From Microcystis aeruginosa NIES-2549 (GTDB taxonomy: Bacteria; Cyanobacteriota; Cyanobacteriia; Cyanobacteriales; Microcystaceae), in NCBI RefSeq assembly GCF_000981785.2, contig NZ_CP011304.1, forward strand, positions 3,090,001 through 3,122,000: a DNA stretch of 32,000 bases, in the 5' to 3' direction. The notes under the pieces are model-generated. The model was not told where the DNA came from. It was given only the letters and a program-made list of their open reading frames with translations, and searched no databases. Below are positions 25,124 through 32,000 of the stretch, piece by piece; within the stretch, counting starts at the first letter, position 1; the number at the start of each line of letters is the position of its first letter. The translations under genes and the position numbers were made by a program.

Positions 25124-25551
25124 TTATATAGCGTTTCCTAAGCTAGTGAGGTACACATATTTTTCTTCCCTTTTGACTTTTGCCTCTTGCCTTTTGCCTA
25201 AAACCCATAACTTTTGTACCTCAGCAGACTGAAAAACGCTATAGACTTGACCAAGGATATGACTTTCGGGCAAAAAAACCCAAGTATGGGAATCAAAACT
25301 ATGGTTACGATTATCTCCCAAAACAAACAGGGTTTTTGGGGTATAGTCATAAATTCTATTTCATAATTGACTAACTCGGCGGTGTAGGGTTCCTCGATAA
25401 CGTGCCAGTTGAGATAAACTTTACGCCTGCGGATTTCAATGGTATCCCCAGCAATAGCGATAACTCGTTTCATCAAAAAATCTCCAGAATTAGGCTCTAG
25501 TTGCTTAATTTTTTCGGGAGTTTTAAAAACAATTACAGCGATTTTCCTACC
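25124..25551 (-). pseudogene. decayed signal peptidase I (lepB-like) gene
   Basis: Three segments show the homology: IAVIVFKTPEKIKQLEP...FLMKRVIAIAGDTIEI (box C/D region), LFVLGDNRNHSFDSHTW.FLPESHILGQ (box E) in a different frame, and a TAG at 25552-25554. The N-terminal TM/catalytic-Ser part is not intact. Confidence 0.7.
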
Positions 25552-25868
25552 CTATTTAGAAATCTTTGTCAAGTACAATTTATACCAAATTAGATGAGCT
25601 TACCCTGGAAAAAGGGAATAAATAGATGAGGCATCGACCTAATATTATCCCAAGGCTAAAAGTCTTTTTAGGCAAGGAGGAGAACCCACCCAAAGCTAGG
25701 ATTGAGTGATAAAATCGGAAGTAACGCCTGATTTTAGCGGAGACTTTCTCTTTAAAAATCCCAACGTAGTAGATTGACAAAAATAAGACGCACCCAAGCA
25801 AGCTATGATTAGGTTATAAATTTTGAAGATGTCTATTGGTTTTATCTCTGAGGTTGCGATTAATCACA

Positions 25869-26156
25869 ATGTTTGAAACTCTATTATCTTCGATTTTGCT
25901 TACCCAGTCTGATTATTTCCATCTGACTCCCACTAATAAGGTGGCAGTGGAGAGAAGAATTGCCGAAAAAAGTTTTGGTTCCGATCCTCAGATTAATCCT
26001 AGCGAAATCTCCAGTATTTTGAATCTTCAGCCCCAATGTGGTGCGAATCCTGCTAATTCTCAGATTCAATGCACTTGGAAAGAAGGAAATAGACAGATAA
26101 AAGCCTATTGGTTAAAACCTTGGCGCTTTCAGCGCTGGCAATCTACGGGATTCTAG
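25869..26156 (+). CDS. hypothetical protein (95 aa from the first ATG)
   Basis: ORF only. The track start at 25836 is a TTG. I recognise no family. Confidence 0.3.
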   Translation: MFETLLSSILLTQSDYFHLTPTNKVAVERRIAEKSFGSDPQINPSEISSILNLQPQCGANPANSQIQCTWKEGNRQIKAYWLKPWRFQRWQSTGF

Positions 26157-26238
26157 CTATATCTTGAGGTAATATCAGTTCTCAAAATGAATAGCAAAGG
26201 GTAAGGGAGGAACAACAAACTCTCAAGAATTGAAGTTT

Positions 26239-26256
26239 CCCTCTCCGGGGAGAGGG
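26239..26256 (+). terminator. palindromic hairpin, possible terminator
   Basis: CCCTCTCC-GG-GGAGAGGG followed by TTTG. It lies between the convergent genes 25869-26156 and ndhN. Confidence 0.4.
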
Positions 26257-26299
26257 TTTGAGGGAGGGATATTTTAGTACCCGTGTTATTTCGGTAATT

Positions 26300-26776
26300 C
26301 TAGGCAGCGACTAAAGATTTGCTCAAAGGTTGCCAACGGAAATATCTTTCCCCACCCAACTCGAGGACAAATTTTAACCGGGGTTCCTGTTGACTAAGAT
26401 TAATTAAGTATTGTTTTTCTTCCGAGGATAAAACAAAACTTTCAATAATCCAAATCACTAAACCTTTAGATTTGGGTGGTAAATTTTCCAATTGATAGGT
26501 AGCAATGGGAGGAATAAAATAAACTGGTCCCACGGCTGCTTCCCGACCAATATTTTTTTTACCTAAATGGGGGGGACGGACTCCATGAATGCCGGTAAGA
26601 TAGGCACTTAAATCGCCCAGACCTCTAGCGGTGATATGTAGGACATTGTAACCAGTGGCCCGTAAACGTCTTTGATAGCGTCCCTCGTAACCTCCTTCTA
26701 AGGGTGCGTAAACACCTAAAGCACCGTATTGTTCCAGATCGCGAATAAATGGTTTTCCTGTGGTCAGTAGTGCCAT
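26300..26776 (-). CDS. ndhN: NAD(P)H-quinone oxidoreductase (NDH-1) subunit N
   Basis: 158 aa from the ATG at 26776 (MALLTTGKPFIRDLE...). GALGVYAPLEGGYEGRYQRRLRATGY is characteristic of NdhN. The longer track ORF adds 33 unlikely residues. Confidence 0.85.
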   Translation of the reverse strand: MALLTTGKPFIRDLEQYGALGVYAPLEGGYEGRYQRRLRATGYNVLHITARGLGDLSAYLTGIHGVRPPHLGKKNIGREAAVGPVYFIPPIATYQLENLPPKSKGLVIWIIESFVLSSEEKQYLINLSQQEPRLKFVLELGGERYFRWQPLSKSLVAA

Positions 26777-26899
26777 AGCTAGTAAAAAAATCTTTTTCCC
26801 TATAATCGCACGTTTTGTTAAGTTGTGCGTCAGCTGAACCGAGAAAGACTTAAGATCAAAGATAGAGAGAGACAATCGCTACTCTCCCAAGGAGGCAAT

Positions 26900-27013
26900 A
26901 TGTTTCACGATCTCCTTTATCCCAACGGACTGCTTTATATCCTCATTAAACTCACTGTTTTAGCTTTAGCAGTCTTGCTCTGGTTTATGGTCGTTTCGGC
27001 CCCGGCTGTTTGA
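26900..27013 (+). CDS. possible 37-aa single-pass membrane peptide
   Basis: The ATG is preceded by AAGGAGG with a 4-nt spacer. Hydrophobic core LLYILIKLTVLALAVLLWFMVV. Confidence 0.35.
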   Translation: MFHDLLYPNGLLYILIKLTVLALAVLLWFMVVSAPAV

Positions 27014-27066
27014 AAAAACACTGCTCTTGTACAATTAGCGTTCTATGCAATGGCTAAATTTTGTCG

Positions 27067-27936
27067 ATGACTCCTGTTAAATTGCCGATCGCTCCTTTTC
27101 TGAAACCCAACCTAACTACTAAGCTCCTAGGGGTTGGGTTGCTATTGACAATTATTTTTATCCTGATTGCCCTGTTTTCGCCCCTTCTGCAAGCGATCGG
27201 CCTGATTCAGGATCCAACCGACATTTTAAGCAATTATCCCCTACAAGCCCCCAGTTCTGGGCATTGGTTCGGGACGAATGTGCGCGGTTATGATGTCTTT
27301 TCCCGCACCCTATTCGGGGCCCGGGCGGCCTTGTCCGTGGTATTTTTGGCCACAGGATTATCTTTAGTCATCGGGGTTCCTTTAGGGTTAATTAGCGGTT
27401 ATTTGGGGGGTAAGATCGATCGCGTTCTCCTCTTCCTCATGGATACCCTCTACACTTTGCCGGGGTTATTATTATCGGTGGCTCTGGCCTTCGTTTTGGG
27501 TCGTGGTATCCTCAATGTCGCCATCGCTGTTAGCATTGCCTATATTCCCCAATATTTTCGCGTGGTCAGAAATCAAACCGCCAGCGTAAAAAATGAGTTA
27601 TTTATCGAAGCGGCACGAGCGATCGGTGCTAGTCCGGGTCGTATATTATCAAAATATCTTTTCTTTAATGTCATCCAGAGTGTCCCGGTTCTTTTTACCC
27701 TCAACGCGGCGGATGCGATCCTGGTTTTAGGCGGTTTAGGCTTTTTAGGCTTAGGATTACCAGAAGAAGTGCCGGAATGGGGTCATGATCTCAAGGAAGC
27801 TTTGGCGGATTTATCTACAGGCATCTGGTGGACCACTTTATTCCCCGGATTAGCAATGACCACGATGGTGGTGGGTTTATCCCTCTTGGGAGAGGGGTTA
27901 AGTGAAATTTTTAACCCTCTGAGTCGTAAACGCTAA
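27067..27936 (+). CDS. ABC transporter permease, DppC/OppC/NikC type
   Basis: About 289-aa multi-pass protein with EAA loop IEAARAIGASPGRILSKYLFFNV. The ATG at 27067 is preferred over the TTG at 27061. Confidence 0.85.
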   Translation: MTPVKLPIAPFLKPNLTTKLLGVGLLLTIIFILIALFSPLLQAIGLIQDPTDILSNYPLQAPSSGHWFGTNVRGYDVFSRTLFGARAALSVVFLATGLSLVIGVPLGLISGYLGGKIDRVLLFLMDTLYTLPGLLLSVALAFVLGRGILNVAIAVSIAYIPQYFRVVRNQTASVKNELFIEAARAIGASPGRILSKYLFFNVIQSVPVLFTLNAADAILVLGGLGFLGLGLPEEVPEWGHDLKEALADLSTGIWWTTLFPGLAMTTMVVGLSLLGEGLSEIFNPLSRKR

Positions 27937-27984
27937 AAGCGCAGGCCAGAGTTCGAGAGAAATCAACTCAAGACCCCCGCACCC

Positions 27985-28653
27985 TCAGCCTCTCTGTCCG
28001 GTAACGATGTAGGATACCCTTTGGGCGATATTGGTGGCGTGATCGGCCATACGTTCCAGATGACGGATTAGTAAAGCCATCAGCAGGATCGGTTCCACCA
28101 CACCCTTAATATCTCTTTGATGGGCGAGAGTGTGATAAAGATAGTCATAGGCTCGATCGACTGTATTATCTAGTTCTTTGACCTTTGGACCGGCTTCTTG
28201 ATCGAGGTCGGCCAGAGCGACAAGGCTCGTGGCTAACATATACTGAGCATGGTGGGACATAGCCTCGATCTCACCCATACAATCGTGGGGAGTATAGGCG
28301 AATAACTTGAGTGCTATTTCGGCTAAATCCTTAGCATAATCGCCGATCCGTTCCAAATCGCGCACTAATTGCATAAAAGCACTTAAAAGCCGCAAATCTT
28401 GGGCTACGGGAGCCTGTAGAGTCATGAGAGTGGCACAATCTAACTCGATTTGACGATAGTAGCGATCGATTTCCTTGTCAAGGGGGGGGATTTTTTTCGC
28501 CATTTCTAAATCCCTAGCAAAGAGGGATTGATGGCTAAGACGAAAGGATTCTTCGACCAAGGTTCCCATTCTCAGCACATCCTGCTCCAATCGCTGGAGA
28601 GAACGAGCGAAATAGGTGCGATCGGGATGATTGGTTTCTTTGGATAGGCTCAC
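27985..28653 (-). CDS. phoU: phosphate signalling modulator PhoU
   Basis: 222 aa with two PhoU repeats (ERIGDYAKDLAE and ERMADHATNIAQ). GTG start. Confidence 0.9.
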   Translation of the reverse strand: MSLSKETNHPDRTYFARSLQRLEQDVLRMGTLVEESFRLSHQSLFARDLEMAKKIPPLDKEIDRYYRQIELDCATLMTLQAPVAQDLRLLSAFMQLVRDLERIGDYAKDLAEIALKLFAYTPHDCMGEIEAMSHHAQYMLATSLVALADLDQEAGPKVKELDNTVDRAYDYLYHTLAHQRDIKGVVEPILLMALLIRHLERMADHATNIAQRVSYIVTGQRG

Positions 28654-28772
28654 GGTCAGATTCGCTTAACATAAAACTACTCTTTCTCTACAGTCATAAC
28701 AAGAAAATTTTAGATTTTGCACGGTTGTCTAGAGAACTTGACAGATTTTTTTCTCCCCACACCCCAACCCCA

Positions 28773-30074
28773 TCACCCCACCGCCTTTTTTTGACGGGGG
28801 AGAGTGACTTGTAGGCGAGCGCCCCCGGTGTTAGGATCGTTTTTAGCGATGATCGAACCGCCATGGGCTTGAATAATCTCTTTGGCAATCGATAAACCTA
28901 AACCGGTACTATGATCCTTTGTGCCTTGTTTTTGACGGGTGCGGGAAGGATCACCGCGAAAGAGACGATCGAAAACGTAGGGTAGATCCGCTTCGTTAAA
29001 TCCTTTGCCGTTGTCGATAACGTCAATTTTAAGCAATTTTTCCCCGATAGTGTCGGATATTTCCCGAATTTCTAGGCGTATAGTCCCTCGATCGGGACTA
29101 TACTTGATGGCATTATCAAAGAGATTCAGGAAAACCTGCAGCAGACGAGCATGATCCACTTCCAGCGTCCAATCCACCGGAGAGGAATAATCTAAGCTAA
29201 TCTGTTTTTGGGCGGCTATTGGGGTGACAGTCTGCCAAGCGGCGGTGATTAGATCCTGTAGATTAATCATCTGGTATTGTAAAGATCGACCAGCATCCGC
29301 TTGTAATTCACTGATTTCTAGCCAATCGCAGACTAATTGACTCAAACGCTCCACTTCTTTCGCCATTTGTTCTAACCAGCGTCTTTCGGGAGCTTGCAGG
29401 CGTTTTTGTAAAGCTTCGGTGAGGAGAGAAATGGAGGTTAAGGGAGTGCGTAACTCGTGCGTTAAGTCAGAGAAAGCTCGTTCGCGATTTTGCGATAATT
29501 CCACTAAAGGCTGTCTATTTTCGATAAATACACCGATTTGACCTTCCGGCAAGGGATAACCGTAACCTTTCAAGGCAATCGATTTAGGAGCAATCACTTG
29601 GTGATCGCTAATGGGAGTGACAGGATAATTAGTCGGGTAAAAAGTCCAAGTTTGCACCTGTGGACTCTGTTTTTGGCGAGTTTCTTGAATTAATTGATCT
29701 AATTCGTAGGAGCGCACCAATTCCAGCAGCAGACGCACTTGATCTGGCTGCCAGCGATCGAGTTTTAAGAGGGTTATTGCCTGTTGATTGCACCAGAGCA
29801 GTTGATTATCGGCATCTACATGAAGATAGGCGATCGGCGCTCGTTCTAGCAAGGATTTCTGAATTTCTAAGCTCTTTTCTCGCTCTTGCAGACTTTGGGA
29901 GAGAAACTGTAATTCTCGACGCACTAGGGAGGTAACGGGAAAAGAAGCCGACAAATCCGCCGAATCCGAGAGAGCGCTCAGGGTTCGCTTTAACTCTCTA
30001 TTTAAGCGTGAGACTTGCCAATAACAAATACTCAAACCTAAAACTACCCCGAAAATAAAAGCGAAAATAGTCAT
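28773..30074 (-). CDS. sphS: phosphate-sensing histidine kinase (SphS/PhoR type)
   Basis: 433 aa with an N-terminal hydrophobic segment and a PAS-like region. H-box LTHELRTPLTSI, N-box NLFDNAIKYS, G1 DNGKGF, G2 GLGLSIAKEII. Confidence 0.85.
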   Translation of the reverse strand: MTIFAFIFGVVLGLSICYWQVSRLNRELKRTLSALSDSADLSASFPVTSLVRRELQFLSQSLQEREKSLEIQKSLLERAPIAYLHVDADNQLLWCNQQAITLLKLDRWQPDQVRLLLELVRSYELDQLIQETRQKQSPQVQTWTFYPTNYPVTPISDHQVIAPKSIALKGYGYPLPEGQIGVFIENRQPLVELSQNRERAFSDLTHELRTPLTSISLLTEALQKRLQAPERRWLEQMAKEVERLSQLVCDWLEISELQADAGRSLQYQMINLQDLITAAWQTVTPIAAQKQISLDYSSPVDWTLEVDHARLLQVFLNLFDNAIKYSPDRGTIRLEIREISDTIGEKLLKIDVIDNGKGFNEADLPYVFDRLFRGDPSRTRQKQGTKDHSTGLGLSIAKEIIQAHGGSIIAKNDPNTGGARLQVTLPRQKKAVG

Positions 30075-30121
30075 TGTCTGCGCGAGCGGCGATCGCTAAA
30101 CTTGAAAATATAATCGCTCAC

Positions 30122-30874
30122 CTAGCCAAAACGATAACCGAAACCGCGTACAGTAATCAGGTATTCCGGTTGACTGGGATCGATTTCCAGTTTTTCGCGT
30201 AACCAGCGAATGTGAACATCGACGGTTTTGGTGTCTCCTAAAAAATCTGGTCCCCAAATTTGTTCAATTAACTGCTCTCTTGACCAAACTCGGCGCGGAT
30301 AACTCATAAATAGGTCGAGGAGACGGAATTCTTTAGGAGAAAGGTTAATTTCTTCATCTCGCACTGTCACCCGACATTCTTGGGTATAGAGAAAAACATC
30401 GCGGAATTTCCGCACGGGAGCAGCCGCTAGAGAAGTAAATCCTTGACGACGAATGAGAGCGCGACAACGAGCGACTAATTCTCGCATACTAAAGGGTTTA
30501 GTCAGATAATCATCAGCACCCACTTCTAAACCCAAAACTCGATCGGTTTCGCTGGCCTTAGCACTTAAGATTAAAATCGGAATAATATTGCCGTGATAGC
30601 GCAACAGACGGCAGATATCAAGACCGTTGACTTGGGGTAACATTAAATCCAAAACGACCAAATCAAACCGAGATTCACCGTGATGAGATTCTTGACTTTG
30701 CAGTAATTCTAGGGCAGCGCGACCATCACTAACACCGAGCGCCTCGTAACCTTCTTCTTCCAAAGCCAAAATAATCATATCCCGAATCACTTCTTCATCT
30801 TCAACGATTAAAATCCGATGATTGGGAACGAAATCCGCACTCGCCGACAAGGGGGGGTTGTCAAGGGTTAACAT
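30122..30874 (-). CDS. sphR: OmpR/PhoB-family response regulator (SphR type)
   Basis: 250 aa with receiver ILIVEDEE...LVVLDLMLP...K and a winged helix ending VRGFGYRF. It lies immediately upstream of sphS. Confidence 0.85.
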   Translation of the reverse strand: MLTLDNPPLSASADFVPNHRILIVEDEEVIRDMIILALEEEGYEALGVSDGRAALELLQSQESHHGESRFDLVVLDLMLPQVNGLDICRLLRYHGNIIPILILSAKASETDRVLGLEVGADDYLTKPFSMRELVARCRALIRRQGFTSLAAAPVRKFRDVFLYTQECRVTVRDEEINLSPKEFRLLDLFMSYPRRVWSREQLIEQIWGPDFLGDTKTVDVHIRWLREKLEIDPSQPEYLITVRGFGYRFG

Positions 30875-30948
30875 AAAAATACTTGATTATTCGTCCCAAT
30901 TTTATCTCAATTTGTCAACCCGCACTCGTTTTGGAGAGGTAGAGCCGA

Positions 30949-31716
30949 ATGTTATTACAGTTATCTACCTGGTTAGAGGTGGAATCCTATCTAGAACAAT
31001 CTCAGGGAATTATTATTCCTATCGGTTCCACGGAACAACACGGGCCGACGGGACTAATTGGTACAGATGCTCTATGTGCGGAGGCGATCGCTAAAGGAGT
31101 AGGGACACAGGTAGGAGCAATGGTAGCACCTACCTTAAATGTCGGTATGGCCCTACATCATACGGCTTTTCCCGGTACAATTAGCCTTCGTCCTAGCACT
31201 TTGATTCAAGTCATCCTTGACTATGTGACTTGTTTAGCTAGAGCCGGTTTTCGTCAATTTTTCTTTATTAATGGTCACGGGGGCAATATTGCTACCCTAA
31301 AAGCAGCCTTTTCGGAAACCTATTATCATTTGGATTCCCTTAATTTGCCTAACACAAACGAGGTTAAATGTCAAGTGGCCAATTGGTTTATGGTGCGAGA
31401 TGTTTATCTTTTAGCCAAAGAATTGTATGGAGATCAGGAAGGTTCTCACGCTACACCGAGCGAAGTGGCGTTAACTCAGTATCTTTACCCTGAGAGCCTT
31501 AAAAACGCCTTTTTATCCGAAAAAGTGGCTTCTGGTCATGGTATTTACGGTGCGGCTAATTTTCGCCAAAACTACCCCGATGGTCGTATGGGTTCCAATC
31601 CTGCTTTAGCCACTCCCGAACACGGTCAGAGGTTCTATGAATTAGCCGTGAAAGAATTGAGTAATACTTATCTGGAATGGCTCTCTTGTCCTTTGTCTAA
31701 GTTGATTAGTGACTAG
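30949..31716 (+). CDS. creatininase-family amidohydrolase
   Basis: 255 aa with GSTEQHGP, INGHGGN and GSHATPSE motifs. Confidence 0.75.
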   Translation: MLLQLSTWLEVESYLEQSQGIIIPIGSTEQHGPTGLIGTDALCAEAIAKGVGTQVGAMVAPTLNVGMALHHTAFPGTISLRPSTLIQVILDYVTCLARAGFRQFFFINGHGGNIATLKAAFSETYYHLDSLNLPNTNEVKCQVANWFMVRDVYLLAKELYGDQEGSHATPSEVALTQYLYPESLKNAFLSEKVASGHGIYGAANFRQNYPDGRMGSNPALATPEHGQRFYELAVKELSNTYLEWLSCPLSKLISD

Positions 31717-31785
31717 GCCACCGAGACCAGGAATAATTTAACTGTAACCCTAGAGACAAAACTTAAATATGCAAGGAGAAAATTG

Positions 31786-32000
31786 ATGATTGCCACTACT
31801 GACAATAACTCCAATCAACCTCTGGTTAGTTTGCGGGAAATACAAGAACTTTCCATCGCAATTACAGCCAAAAGCCTCAATCCCGCCATGCTAACGGTTG
31901 ATTTCCTCAAATATTCGGGAATAGTTCCCCCCGACTGGGAATTAAATGGCCAGCCGGTACTCAATCCTAATTACGCTCAAGTTAATTTTCAAAATGGTAT
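31786..32000 (+). CDS. hypothetical protein, N-terminal part only (runs off the window)
   Basis: The ATG at 31786 is preceded by AAGGAG. The frame stays open to the window end (MIATTDNNSNQPLVSLREIQELS...). I recognise no family. Confidence 0.35.
   Translation, partial: MIATTDNNSNQPLVSLREIQELSIAITAKSLNPAMLTVDFLKYSGIVPPDWELNGQPVLNPNYAQVNFQNG

Noticed and set aside
28694-28888. 64-aa ORF overlapping the 3' end of sphS
   Set aside because: It is out of frame with, and nested in, the well-supported kinase gene and the G-rich spacer. It has no motifs.

Overview
This looks like a cyanobacterial chromosomal window. The evidence is many HIP1 octamers GCGATCGC (e.g. 897-904, 3672-3679, 4197-4204), ndhN, a ferredoxin-nitrite reductase and SphS/SphR-type Pho regulators. 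The dense 7-bp tandem repeats and small hairpin elements remind me of Microcystis-like genomes, but I cannot verify the taxon. The window is dominated by phosphate acquisition. There is a compact minus-strand pstS-pstC-pstA-pstB operon (2586-6459) with a divergent sphX-like binding-protein gene (7174-8190). A second minus-strand operon, pstS-pstC-pstA-pstB-pstB (9536-14723), has intercistronic spacers full of repeats. Divergent from it lies an internally deleted sphX paralogue (15234-15708). A contiguous sphR-sphS-phoU regulatory block sits at 27985-30874. The rest is mostly housekeeping: map, nirA, trpD, a YrdC/TsaC-family gene, a GNAT, a PfkB sugar kinase, an alpha/beta hydrolase, ndhN, an orphan ABC permease and a creatininase-family gene. 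There are also a few orphan ORFs, a short TIR-domain ORF and a decayed signal-peptidase gene. I found no tRNA, rRNA, CRISPR array, transposase or integrase ORF. I see no convincing new multi-gene system and prefer to say so. The most unusual signals are non-coding: (1) Pho-box-like 8-bp repeats with 11-bp phasing upstream of both pstS genes; (2) heptamer arrays in opposite orientation that bracket pst cistrons and abut start and stop codons; (3) a roughly 86-bp three-way-junction MITE-like element in two copies, each flanked by unusually long direct duplications, one copy carrying a nested palindromic insertion; (4) a (CCCCACA)6 G-quadruplex-type tract in the pstS/sphX divergent region; (5) a 16-bp x6 tandem repeat ending in its own inverted copy. 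All functional calls rest on motif recognition by eye. No database search was run.
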